A stretch of 63,431 nt of DNA, filler included, from Welwitschia mirabilis (Eukaryota): assembly GCA_051453625.1 (NCBI GenBank). It is 6 parts of one record of this genome, joined end to end, with 100 filler letters (N's around TTAATTAATTAA, not from the genome) between each part and the next. Parts side by side here need not be neighbours in the genome. Positions count along the whole stretch, not along the records: positions 23,124 to 48,306 come from JBOZIK010000001.1; 5 more parts are not named here. One strand, given 5' to 3'. Below are positions 27,431 through 41,300 of the stretch, in pieces; the stretch's first letter is position 1, and each line of letters starts with the position of its first letter. The notes beneath the pieces are model-generated. The model did no database searches, was not told the origin of the DNA, and saw nothing but the letters and a program-made list of their open reading frames with translations. The position numbers and the translations under genes were made by a program.

Positions 27431-30285
27431 TCTACCCATACCATTAACTTATGAATTTATGAAACTTATTGATCTAGGTTAATAACCTTTAAGAAAAATC
27501 AATAACATCCAAGTAATGGTTATGATTATGTATATTTATGGATTTTTAGAGAAAATTTATGCTTATTTTAAGTATAGTTATTAAGAGCACATTTTCTTAA
27601 GTCTCTAATTTTAGTAAACATGGATAAAAATGGTGGAATTTGCATTCATATTATGTTCCTTATATTTAAGGCTTTTTATGGGGATAAGATTTTTCTATAA
27701 TAAGGCTAAGGAGTCAATGCCCTTCTTATGTGCACAAAAATGAATATGAGAAGAAGATTAAAAATAAAAATAATATATCTTCTCCAAATGTGCTTCTCAT
27801 TAATGACTTAATTAGGATTAGTTAACTAAATTAAGAAGATGGATGCTCACTGGTAATGTAGCCTTAGTGATTTAATTACAACATAATCAATTGCATTAGG
27901 GATATAAATGCTTTTTGGTAATATAGCACTGATTTATTTACATCTAACATTGGATGTTTAATTTNNNNNNNNNNNNNNNNNNNNNNNNNNNNNNNNNNNN
28001 NNNNNNNNNNNNNNNNNNNNNNNNNNNNNNNNNNNNNNNNNNNNNNNNNNNNNNNNNNNNNNNNAAAAATAAAAATAATATATCTTCTCCAAATGTGCTT
28101 CTCATTAATGATGTAATGAGGATTAGTTAACTAAATTGAGGAGATGGATGCTCACTGATAATGTAGCCTTAGTGATTTAATTACAACAAAATCAATTGCA
28201 TTAGGTATATAAATGCTTTTTGATAATATAGCACTAATTTATTTACAAAATAACATGATTAACTCTATTGGAAAAAAAATTGTTCTAACATTAGATGTTT
28301 AATTTAATTCAAAGGCTTAAAAAAAGGACATATATATTAGTAGAAAAGGAAAANNNNNNNNNNNNNNNNNNNNNNNNNNNNNNNNNNNNNNNNNNNNNNN
28401 NNNNNNNNNNNNNNNNNNNNNNNNNNNNNNNNNNNNNNNNNNNNNNNNNNNNNNNNNNNNNNNNNNNNNNNNNNNNNNNNNNNNNNNNNNNNNNNNNNNN
28501 NNNNNNNNNNNNNNNNNNNNNNNNNNNNNNNNNNNNNNNNNNNNNNNNNNNNNNNNNNNNNNNNNNNNNNNNNNNNNNNNNNNNNNNNNNNNNNNNNNNN
28601 NNNNNNNNNNNNNNNNNNNNNNNNNNNNNNNNNNNNNNNNNNNNNNNNNNNNNNNNNNNNNNNNNNNNNNNNNNNNNNNNNNNNNNNNNNNNNNNNNNNN
28701 NNNNNNNNNNNNNNNNNNNNNNNNNNNNNNNNNNNNNNNNNNNNNNNNNTGATTTATTTACATCTAACATTTGATGTTTAATTTAATTCAAAGGCTTAAA
28801 AAAAAAAGGACATATATATTAGTAGAAAAGGAAAATAAAGGATATAAGAAAGTCAAAATTAGAGTTCTAATGCATCTATTATCTTTTAACTTTCATATTT
28901 AATATTTTCTATGATTTCTTAAATTTGTATAAGTTATTTGATTAATACTATAATTTTTTAATATTGAGATCTACTAAAAAATTACAAAAACATAATAATA
29001 ACCATTAACTTGGATAGTTTCTCTCTTTTATTCTTAGTTTTTTAGTTGAATCTTTTAATACATTTTCATCTTTCATAATCCATTTTCACTTCAAGATTAT
29101 TTCATAATAAATAACATCATAAAAAACTATTTTTAATAAAATCAACTTTTCAATAAAATTTTTAGGAAGAAATACAAATAAAAATGTCTATCTTGCATTA
29201 GGTAGCTTTTCCTTTTATAGCTTGGTTGGATTACTTTATATCTTTTTCTTTTAATTAAAGGACTTGTCAAAAGTTTTATAAGGATATATTCTCAAAATGG
29301 TTTTAAATATTTATATCATAAAGCTTTGAGGATAAATTTTAGTTTTTATTAGAAAGTATAACATTGAATTTTCACATCATTTTTTACCAAATTTTTAAAA
29401 TTTAATGTCTTAATTTTTAAGAAGTTGATCACAAAGTTTTTAAAGATATATCATTTTTTAACTTGAGTATTTTACCTTAGATAATTTTCCCATGTCGATC
29501 ATTTAATTATTAATTTTTTGCTAAGAGTCTAACAAAAGTCTAGTTATGACATGTATTAGCATATAAAAATTGATATTTATATCAAGTGCTTCAAGCTAAT
29601 TTAAGATAAATAAAGGCATTAATTTAATTACTTTAGTTATAAAATTAGTCTTCTAGTATTTTTAAAATAAAACTTAATTTTATGATTTTCTTTATAATAA
29701 TTATAAATGTTTAACCAAGTTTTAAAATACATGATGGAAGATGAAAAAATTTTACATGAAACAACAATGGCAATGGAGATATCATGTGGTGATACATAGT
29801 ATTAGCATTTGAAGACATGTAGAGAGGGCACTAGAGACATGTGGTAATAGCACTAGTTAGTAGAGGAATCTAGCTTCACAAAATAGATGTTAGACTTATC
29901 ATGATGAAGATTCCACCAAATGCTATAAGATAACCTCCACTAAATGCTAAATGACAAAGATCTACCTAATACTATAGGATAAAATTTTATCTACCTAACA
30001 CTATAAGATAATATTCACTGAAGGCTACAAGATAAAATCTTATCTATGAAATGATAAATGATAAATATTCTACTTAATGATACAAGCTAAAGGATCCTAA
30101 CCATCTCAATCATACCCTCATATATCAAAGGACCTTAATCCATCATTTGTCATTATCATTCATTTTAACAAAAGAATAGAACCTTTTGAGCATTAATTTG
30201 ATATGATCCATTGAGTGCTTTCTTTGGAGAGTGAACTTGCTTCAAGGATAGATTAAGAATTTATTTCTAACTTTCTTCTTATTTT
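27431..30285 (+). mobile_element. 3' non-coding region and probable 3' LTR (from about 29553) of the + strand Athila-like element
   Basis: Decayed pre-LTR motif TTTGCTAAGAGTCTAACAAAAGTCTAGTT at about 29517-29546, followed by LTR-like sequence with short tandem repeats. Boundaries are uncertain. Confidence 0.5.
29910..30090. repeat. Degenerate tandem array of about 25-30 bp units (about 7 units)
   Basis: Recurring CYAC.AATGCTAYAAGATAA-like unit. Confidence 0.65.
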
Positions 30286-31734
30286 NNNNNNNNNNNNNNN
30301 NNNNNNNNNNNNNNNNNNNNNNNNNNNNNNNNNNNNNNNNNNNNNNNNNNNNNNNNNNNNNNNNNNNNNNNNNNNNNNNNNNNNNNNNNNNNNNNNNNNN
30401 NNNNNNNNNNNNNNNNNNNNNNNNNNNNNNNNNNNNNNNNNNNNNNNNNNNNNNNNNNNNNNNNNNNNNNNNNTACTTTCCATTCATATTTTAAGGTTAT
30501 GTTAGATCAAGTGGATATTAAGTTCATTAACTTTTATATGGTAAATGAAGTTATGTCACCATGACCTAAGTCATCATTACTTAATACTTTGAAATTTCTT
30601 ATAAGAAAATTTTAGCATATCATTGGAACAAGAATTACTAGTGGAAAAGTTAAGAAAATACTTGGAGCTTATTTGCTTCCCTACTTTTTTAATGAAGTTT
30701 CACAAAAAATATCTCAACTCTCATTTTTTTTAATTTATTTTATTGTAACTTGTAATTAAGAAAGAGTTGTATAATTTCTATGAGTCAATCCAAATTATAC
30801 TTAGGGAGAGAACAATACTAAGTTTTAAATCAGTTTAAATTTAGTTCATTATACTATCATTAATATCTTAATTGTGTATTTTACTTATTTTATATTGTGA
30901 AATTTTATTTTATCAAACTCACTCATCCTTGTCCTCTAAGTTTAAGGATCCTCATCAGAAAACAATTTAAGAATATTCATGAGTTCTATTTAATACAATT
31001 CATTATATTACAATGAAAGGGGGAAGAATCCAAATACAATAAGAATTCTAATGCTTTTAATACTCAAGTTCTTTTTTCCTATGTTAAATACTTATTTTAT
31101 AAGAGAAAGTATTAAAATACTAAACCTAACTCTTATCTTGAAAGTATAGCGTAAAAACTCTTATTAAATAGAAAACTCATATAAAGGATTTTTGAAGTAC
31201 GCTATAATCACTAAATTATCCTCAACTAATATTAAGTTCTAAATATGATTCTCAAATCCATAAGATTTTTATTAAACCTAGATATCTAATGAAACTTATG
31301 AGGTTATTATTTACATGGAAAAATTGATGTATTAAGAAAGTATAATTAATTAATTTAGCATAGGAAGAAATATTAAATTAATGGGTTAATCACATATTAA
31401 TGTTTTATATCCTTTTTATTATTTTTCATTAAATTATGAACTTCACTTAACATGATAATATATATTATAGCCTTCAAAATAACTATGCCCAAATTGATGA
31501 AGTTTTAGCATCAAATGTTGGCACTACTGACCAAGACTACTGGTTCCATCATCTTTCTAAGGTAGATTATTAAAAAAATCATGTTCCTACATTATTTTTG
31601 GGAATTAATAACATTTCACTTATGGGTCAAGTCAAGATTTATCCAAAACAAATATTCAAACCTAATAAGACATGACAGAAGTACAAAACGATACATCACA
31701 ATGATATGTGGCATAACAAGGATGATCATGATGA

Positions 31735-32305
31735 AGATACATGACATGGCATTCATTGGTAGCATCATTAATAGTCAGAGGACACATCATCATCATATTT
31801 ACATAAGAAGAGGAATAATATTTCCTTGTGGCTAAATGTCAAATGTTTATACCTTCCTCCTTAAGTAACTACATAATGTAATACCTCTTATGTATTCATC
31901 CATCAAATGCTTAATAATAACACCTAATGTAATCATGACATCAAGCCTTCCTTCATCTATAAAAGAATCTTCATCCTTCATTACAAACATTTGTTGGTTG
32001 CCTTAATATGTGAACTACTTAAAGGCTAGGATATGATGGTGCTCTAATAGCCTTTGTTGAGAGTAAAATGATCTAAGGCTAGTTGAGAAGTTCTTCTTCT
32101 TCATCTTCTCCATTTGATGTAATGTATATTTTTCTAAATTTCAATATAAAAATTAAACCCTTTAATTGTTAATGTACAAAGTCATTTAATATTTGCAATA
32201 TTTAGGTATGACTAATTTAAGAGTTAGTTTTAATCCTTTCATGATTATTACATAATCATTTGAAATTAATAATTTTTAAGTAAGATTAATTCTTAAGTAG
32301 GTCTC
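31735..32305 (+). repeat. Dispersed LTR-like repeat, homologous to 48407-48975; target of the 32306 insertion
   Basis: GAAGATACATGACATGGCATTCATTGGTAGCAT... through ...TAAGATTAAWTCTTAAGTAGRTCTC is collinear between the two loci. The 48.4 kb copy continues uninterrupted. Confidence 0.8.
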
Positions 32306-35300
32306 TGTTGCAGTGTGTATTTGTGCAAGTTTTTATGTTCAAAGAGATCCTATCATTTATAACCAAAATAGATATCTTATACAATACATCACACTAGTAT
32401 GAATGAGAGTAGACCCGAAATGTCGTATTCATATTGAATTCTATAAGTATGAGACTTAGATTGCTTTGCAAAAAAATATGGGTACCAGAAATAAATAATA
32501 AATGTAAGGAAATAAAGTACAATGCACAATGCAAGATACAACTATTCTAAATGCAAATGCAAAATGAACCAATGCTACTTACTTTCAGTCTTAATAAAGG
32601 ATTCCCTTAATAATCTATATCACCCAAGAAATTGTGATTAGATCAAGGGCAACATAGACTATAAGGGTCATCAAAGAAACTAACATGCAAATATAAAAAC
32701 AAAAAAAGGTTTATATTAAAAAAGATTAATAAGCATCTTTATTACAAAACATCTAGATCTCAATGGAGGATANNNNNNNNNNNNNNNNNNNNNNNNNNNN
32801 NNNNNNNNNNNNNNNNNNNNNNNNNNNNNNNNNNNNNNNNNNNNNNNNNNNNNNNNNNNNNNNNNNNNNNNNAGAGTAAAATGATCTAAGGCTAGTTGAG
32901 AAGTTCTTCTTCATCTTCTCCATTTGATGTAATGTATATTTTTCTAAATTTCAATATAAATATTGAACCCTTTCATTATTAATGTACAAAGTCATTTGAT
33001 ATTAGCAATATTTAGGTATGACTAATTTAAGAGTTAGTTTTAAGTCTTTCATGATTATTACATAATCATTTGGAATTAAAAATTTTTAAGTAAGATTAAT
33101 TCTTAAGTAGGTCTCTATAGTAGTGTGTATTTATGTAAGTTTTTATGTTTAAAGAGATCCTATCATTTATAACCAAAATAGATATCTTATATAATACATC
33201 ACACTAGTATAAGTGAGAGTAGACCCGAAATGTCGTATTCATGTTGAATTCTATAAGTATGAAACTTAGATTGCTTTGCAAAAGAATATAGGTACCAGAA
33301 ATTAATAATAAATGTAAGGAAATAAAGTACAATGCATAATGCAAGATGCAACTATTCTAAATGCAAATGAAAAATGATCCAATACTACTTACTTTTAGCC
33401 TTAACAAATAATTCCCTTGATAATCTATATCACCCAAGAAATTGTAACTAGATCAAAGGAAACATAGACTATAAGGGTCATCAAATAAACTAACATGCAA
33501 ATATAAAAATAAAAAAAGGTTTATATTAAGAAATATTAATAAGCATCTTGATTACAAAACATCTAGGTCTCAATGAAGGATACACATCCCTACACCAAGT
33601 GCATGTCTTTCTACAACACTCAAGATGGACCTCCCTCCCTTTGATCTCCTATTATAAGAATGTCTAATGTAATGAAGATGAAAATAAGAGTTGAAAAATT
33701 GTTTATTTATAATAATTCACAACAAAAAAGGATAAATGATAAGTGTACTTATTTACAACTCATAAATAGATGAAATGATTAAAAATCACTATTACCTAGA
33801 TAACTTGAAAATCTAACTAGAAAAAATCCTAAAGCACCCCCAAAAAGGAAAATAGAGTGTTTAAAAGGCCTAATTAAAAGATCCAAATCAAATATGAACT
33901 CAAGAAAATCTGGATGACAAGGGGGACAATAGCATATTATAAAATATTCTCAAAATGATAGCTTAGCAATCCACATCAGCAGTCATCTTCTTGCCTATTG
34001 TAGGGATGATGGAGGGGATGATGATCTTCTTTTATCATTTTATTAAAAAGAACTTAGAATTTTTTCAATAATCCTTCTTCAAAGATTTGTGCATTAGAAA
34101 GTTCCTTTAATACAACAAATTTGGTTAAGAATCACATTTTTCTAAGATTTCCTCTTGTATCTCCAAAATCCTCATAATTGCACCTAAACCTATATAAAAG
34201 TCCTACAAAAAAACTCATAAAACCCATCAAATAACCATAAATTAGTAGTGCAACATAGCCCTTCATTTAGCCTTTATTAGTCNNNNNNNNNNNNNNNNNN
34301 NNNNNNNNNNNNNNNNNNNNNNNNNNNNNNNNNNNNNNNNNNNNNNNNNNNNNNNNNNNNNNNNNNNNNNNNNNNNNNNNNNNNNNNNNNNNNNNNNNNN
34401 NNNNNNNNNNNNNNNNNNNNNNNNNNNNNNNNNNNNNNNNNNNNNNNNNNNNNNNNNNNNNNNNNNNNNNNNNNNNNNNNNNNNNNNNNNNNNNNNNNNN
34501 NNNNNNNNNNNNNNNNNNNNNNNNNNNNNNNNNNNNNNNNNNNNNNNNNNNNNNNNNNNNNNNNNNNNNNNNNNNNNNNNNNNNNNNNNNNNNNNNNNNN
34601 NNNNNNNNNNNNNNNNNNNNNNNNNNNNNNNNNNNNNNNNNNNNNNNNNNNNNNNNNNNNNNNNNNNNNNNNNNNNNNNNNNNNNNNNNNNNNNNNNNNN
34701 NNNNNNNNNNNNNNNNNNNNNNNNNNNNNNNNNNNNNNNNNNNNNNNNNNNNNNNNNNNNNNNNNNNNNNNNNNNNNNNNNNNNNNNNNNNNNNNNNNNN
34801 NNNNNNNNNNNNNNNNNNNNNNNNNNNNNNNNNNNNNNNNNNNNNNNNNNNNNNNNNNNNNNNNNNNNNNNNNNNNNNNNNNNNNNNNNNNNNNNNNNNN
34901 NNNNNNNNNNNNNNNNNNNNNNNNNNNNNNNNNNNNNNNNNNNNNNNNNNNNNNNNNNNNNNNNNNNNNNNNNNNNNNNNNNNNNNNNNNNNNNNNNNNN
35001 NNNNNNNNNNNNNNNNNNNNNNNNNNNNNNNNNNNNNNNNNNNNNNNNNNNNNNNNNNNNNNNNNNNNNNNNNNNNNNNNNNNNNNNNNNNNNNNNNNNN
35101 NNNNNNNNNNNNNNNNNNNNNNNNNNNNNNNNNNNNNNNNNNNNNNNNNNNNNGAGTGGAGAATAAAAATGTTTCATCATAGAAAGAACATGAGCAGTGC
35201 TTACAATACCCAAAATCTAAAGAGAACACTTATTTAAGCAAGAAAAAAAACTTGAACAAGGAAAACATTCTAACAAAATATGATAATGACTTTGAAATAA

Positions 35301-38300
35301 CTAACCAAACTACAAAAAAAAAATAGAAGAATTGGCATAAGATAACATAAATAAAATATAGCTTACCAATCTGATATTTTAACCTAGCAGAGTCCCATGA
35401 AAGAAATCATAACATCACTTAACATGGAAAATGCATGATTTAATGTACAAAAATTTCATTCAATAAGTAGTGATTATAATGATGCTATAGTAAAATTATT
35501 TAAACAATGAATGATCAGTTCAAAAAATTACTCAAAAATGAACTCTCCTATTGTCATCTCAAAACAGGTTCCTAAATCTCAAGAAATGAAATGATAATGT
35601 GGAAAGACTAAGAGTCTAAGAAACAAGCAATGCCTCTGATGATACCAAGAATACCACTGATTCCATAGCCTCAAAGTTGAAATACAACTTTATTATCCAT
35701 GATGAGGGGAGGGAAACCACAATCAGAGAAGTAAGAACCCATGAAGCATGGCTAACTAACCTCCTAGTGGAGTTTCCATAGCTATCATATTACACTGCTA
35801 AAGGCTTCTTTTGGAAATATTTTCCTTAATGTACTTTTGGTAGGACATCATGATGATCATGTTTTTGAGATAGTACAAATATAAAACATCATGGTCTTTA
35901 TTTTATACATATTTTTTTTCTTAAAAAATATGATAACAAAACAACATTCCACATGACCAAACATTACAAATGACAAGGTGAAAATTATAAGATTAGACCA
36001 TAAAAGTACACTCTTAAACAATCTAAGACCTTTTCACCATTGAGAAAATGATCAAAAATAAAGCATCTTCCTTCAATTGAAGTTTATGGACTTGTGAATG
36101 TTTTAAGATTAGGTGAATCTAATCTTACCACTGAAATGCCCAAGTTAAAATATTAATCATAGAAATAAATACATAAATCANNNNNNNNNNNNNNNNNNNN
36201 NNNNNNNNNNNNNNNNNNNNNNNNNNNNNNNNNNNNNNNNNNNNNNNNNNNNNNNNNNNNNNNNNNNNNNNNNNNNNNNNNNNNNNNNNNNNNNNNNNNN
36301 NNNNNNNNNNNNNNNNNNNNNNNNNNNNNNNNNNNNNNNNNNNNNNNNNNNNNNNNNNNNNNNNNNNNNNNNNNNNNNNNNNNNNNNNNNNNNNNNNNNN
36401 NNNNNNNNNNNNNNNNNNNNNNNNNNNNNNNNNNNNNNNNNNNNNNNNNNNNNNNNNNNNNNNNNNNNNNNNNNNNNNNNNNNNNNNNNNNNNNNNNNNN
36501 NNNTCACCTTATCATGAAGATGACAGAGGAGAGACAAAGTATTATTATAGAAATAGAAAATAGAAACTACAAATAGAAACAAAAACTAAAATTAAAAAAT
36601 GAAATAGATACTCTTAAAATAAAAACTAAAAATAAAATTTTAAGGCAAGCAAAGTTTTATTCAAATCCTAAATCTAAAGCACACTTTTATTAAAAAAGAA
36701 AGAAGGAAATACTAAGGATCTATTTTAGTCTCAAGATTTTTAGAGAAATAAGGTCCAAACCAAAAATTTACCAATTGATAAAACATAATAGATGTGCAAT
36801 TATTTCCAAGTAAAACCAATTCAATGAAGAGNNNNNNNNNNNNNNNNNNNNNNNNNNNNNNNNNNNNNNNACAAAATTTTGGAAGTCAAAGGGAAGAGAT
36901 GTGCTAACTCTAGTAAAAGATTTTTATTGAATGCAAGAGTTTTATTTTAAACATCATAAAGGAAATTACTTTTAAGTTCATTAAAAATATTTTTCTCATC
37001 AAAATTCAAATTATGATTTTTAATTTTTGGCTTATGTAAAGGACAATATCCCTCATAATCTTTCTTAAAAAGTAATACTTCCTTACACTCTAAAGGTTTC
37101 ATTTCTTCTTCATTCTTAAGTTGGTCATCACAAAGCACATGATCATTTGATTTCATTTCTCATTTTTCAAGTGGGTGATATTGTAAAAATAAAGTTGGTT
37201 TGATATTGCTTTCAATTTTCATTTCATCATCATCCAAATCTTTCTTAGCTGCATTAAATACTCTAATGATAAATGTCCTATTTTTAAAATAACATTTCTT
37301 NNNNNNNNNNNNNNNNNNNNNNNNNNNNNNNNNNNNNNNNNNNNNNNNNNNNNNNNNNNNNNNNNNNNNNNNNNNNNNNNNNNNNNNNNNNNNNNNNNNN
37401 TTTTCTCATCAAAATTCAAATTATGATTTTAATTTTTGGCTTATGTAAAGGACAACCTCCCTCATAATCTTTCTTAAAAAGTAGGACTTCCTAACACTCT
37501 AAAGGTTTCATTTCTTCTTCATTCTTAAGTTGGTCATCCCAAAGCACATGATCATTTGATTTCATCTCTCTTTTTTCAAGTGGGTGATATTGTAAAAATA
37601 AAGTTGGTTTGATATTACTTTCAATGTTCATTTCATCATCATCCAAATCTTTCTTAGCTACATTAAATACTCTAATGATAAATGTTCTATTTCTAAAATA
37701 ACATTTCATTGTTTCTACGCTTATATCAATGATGTATTAGGCTATTATACAAAAGGCTCTACCTAGAAGTAAAGAGTATCCTCTGTTATGATCAACTTCT
37801 ATGATAATCAAATCTATGGGGTAGCAAGCCTCTTCAATTTATATGACCAAATCTTTAATAATGCGTAATGNNNNNNNNNNACCAAGTGTCTTACAAATGT
37901 GAAGTGGCATAATATTAGCACTCATTCCAATGTCAATTAAGACTTTTTTAATCTTTTTGTTTTCCTCTAAATTAGCATTTACTGTTTCTACTCCTTGATC
38001 TATAAAGTTGGGTGATTTTTGTAAATATAAGTTTGTGAGGGATTGGGCTAGAAAGACTTTGCTAGGGATAACTCATTTTTATTTTCTAGTTATTAGATCT
38101 TTCCATAATTCTGAGTACCTTGGGTTTTATTATAAAACTTTTTAAAAGNNNNNNNNNNNNNNNNNNNNNNNNNNNNNNNNNNNNNNNNNNNNNNNNNNNN
38201 NNNNNNNNNNNNNNNNNNNNNNNNNNNNNNNNNNNNNNNNNNNNNNNNTATGGGATAGCAAGCCTCTTCAATTTGTATGACCAAATCTTTAATAATGCCT

Positions 38301-41300
38301 AATGATTTTTTAATTGATATATCTACTAATTCTAAGACAATTGAAGTAGGCTCTATTATATCCTCCAAACCAAGTGTCTTACAAATGTGAAGTGGCATAA
38401 TATTAGCACTTGTTCCAATGTCAATTAAGGCTTTTCTAATCTTTTTGTTTTCCTCCAAATTAGCATTTACTGTTGCTATTCTTTATCTATAAATTTAGGT
38501 GATTTTAGTAAATCTAAGTTTATGAGGAATTGGGCTAGAAAGATTTTGCTAGGGATAATTCATTTTTACTTTCTTCTTATTAGGTCTTTCCATAATTCTA
38601 AGTACCTTGGGTTTTATTATAAAACTTTCTAAAAGGGTAAGTTTATGCTCATATTTTACATCAAGAATTGTAGATGATCATTGAAAGTTGAATTATTATT
38701 AAGATTATCCATCCAAGGAGTGGTTCGTTGAGACAGATTTTTCTTTTTCTTTTTTCTGAAAGAAGGGAAGTTGTAATCTTCTAATATTTCAATATACTCT
38801 TCCTCTTCTTCTTCATTATTTCTAAAGTTATTTGGGGAGGTGGAAGGTTCATATGAAGGAGTATCTATTTCTTGTTCACTTCTTATTACAACCTTATAAT
38901 CTTTTCTTAATTCATTTAGGTTTAGTAAAGGTTGTGCTAAAGTTTCTTAAGGTCTTTGGTTTTTTAGGATTATTTGTCAAAGGATGTTCACTAAGTTTTC
39001 TATGTTGGAATTTAATCTTTCAAAGTTGATATTTTGTCTTTTAAAGTTGACATTTTGTTTTGTAATCTCATCCACATAGTTTATGATTGGATCATATGTA
39101 TATTAAAATTTTAATGGTCCTAATTAAGCTTTAAGTTTTNNNNNNNNNNNNNNNNNNNNNNNNNNNNNNNNNNNNNNNNNNNNNNNNNNNNNNNNNNNNN
39201 NNNNNNNNNNNNNNNNNNNNNNNNNNNNNNNNNNNNNNNGGTTTAGGATTGTTTGTTAAAGGATATTTACTAAGTTTTCTATGTTGGAATTTAATCTTTC
39301 AAAGTTGATATCTTGTCTTTCAAAGTTAACATTTTGTTTTGTAATTTCATCCACATAGCTTGTGATTGGATCATATTTATATTAAAATTTTAATGGTCCT
39401 AATTAAGCTTTAAGTTCTTAAATTGATTTCTAAAAGGTTGAAAATTATTTTGAAAATGAGTTTTCAACCTTGGTTGTGCTTGATTTTTGTTTTAAAATTT
39501 TTGAGGTGGTTGGTTAAAAGAACAAAATTCTTCTCGTATTCTTTCTTTGTATATTAGCAAAAGAGGGTAGTTTTTAGTAACATGATAATTATCCTCACAT
39601 AAGTCACAAGATTGCATAACATTTATTTTAGTTACAGTTTTAGCATCTAAGATCATTTTTGCATACTTTCTCTAAGGTTGTTGTAAAATATTTCATAGGA
39701 TTTTTAGGATTAGATTCTACCCTTTTTAATTTTTTAACCTCTTTTAAGTCCTTGATGAGTTGGCCTATAGTTTGATTTTCTTTAGGTGTTGACCTGGCTT
39801 AACTAATATCAATAAGTTCTTCTAAGTTTGTCTAAGAAACTTTTAAAGTAAGGTTTATGAGGTTTCCATCATANNNNNNNNNNNNNNNNNNNNNNNNNNN
39901 NNNNNNNNNNNNNNNNNNNNNNNNNNNNNNNNNNNNNNNNNNNNNNNNNNNNNNNNNNNNNNNNNNNNNNNNNACTTGATTTTGGTTTTGAAAGTTTTAA
40001 GGTGGTTGGTTGAAAGCACAAAATTCTTCTCATATTCTTTCTTTGTATATTAGCAAAAGAGGGTAGTTTTAAGTAACATGATAATTATCCTCACATAAGT
40101 CACAAGATTTCATAACATTTATTTTAGTTACGATTTTAGCATCTACGATCATTTTCGCATACTTCTCTAAGGTTGTTGTAAAATCTTTCATGGGATTTTT
40201 AGGATTAGATTTTACCTTTTTTTGTTTTTTAACCTCTTTTAAGTCCTTGATGAGTTGGCCTACAATTTGATTTTCTTTAGTGTTGACTTGACTTAACTAA
40301 TCTTAATAAGTTCTTTTAAGTTTGTCCAAGAAACTTCTAAAGTAAGGTTCATGAGGTTTCCATCATAAGAAAAATCTATAAGTTATTTTGTATGGGTAGT
40401 TAATTCACTATAAAAATAGGCTAGTTTTTCTATTCTTGAAAAGTCATCTACTAGATTAGAATAGATTACTATAAAGAAATGTTCATAAGTGTAGGCATAA
40501 TTTTTATTTGGTTATTGTTGAAAGTTTGTTACCTCTTTTCTCCTCTTTCTCATATTTTCTTCACTTATGAATGTTTTTAAAAATATTTCTTTAACTTGAT
40601 CCCAAGTTCTTAAGCTTTTTTGGGGTATGGTTTTTAACCAAAGTTTTTTTCTATCCTTTAATGTCATGGGAAAAATTATCATGTATGTTCTATTATTGAT
40701 TTTTTTTTTCTTCCCATTTCTCGATATAAGGATTAGTTATTCAATATCTACAATGTGTTGAAGGGGATCCTCATCATTTTCTCCACTAAAATTTGCATAA
40801 GCATGTAAATTTTTAAGCTCAACATCATCTCCTGGGGGTAGGTTAAAAGGTGTTTGAATTTCTCTTTTCTTATTTGCTAATAATTCCNNNNNNNNNNNNN
40901 NNNNNNNNNNNNNNNNNNNNNNNNNNNNNNNNNNNNNNNNNNNNNNNNNNNNNNNNNNNNNNNNNNNNNNNNNNNNNNNNNNNNNNNNNNNNNNNNNNNN
41001 NNNNNNNNNNNNNNNNNNNNNNNNNNNNNNNNNNNNNNNNNNNNNNNNNNNNNNNNNNNNNNNNNNNNNNNNNNNNNNNNNNNNNNNNNNNNNNNNNNNN
41101 NNNNNNNNNNNNTTTTTTCTCTCTGATATTTCTTCTCTATGTTAACTAGATTACACCATCCTGTAAATAGCAAATAATAGAAAATAGATTAAAAATAATA
41201 GACCGTCATCCTATCTATTATAGGGATAACATAAGGGATGACATACACAGAAACTAGAAAAACAAAAACAGAACCAAAACTAAATCAGAAAGTGGAAAAC

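Noticed and set aside
35636..35690. CTGATGA as a hammerhead ribozyme core (retrozyme)
   Set aside because: No stem II followed by GAAAC and no flanking helices could be formed.
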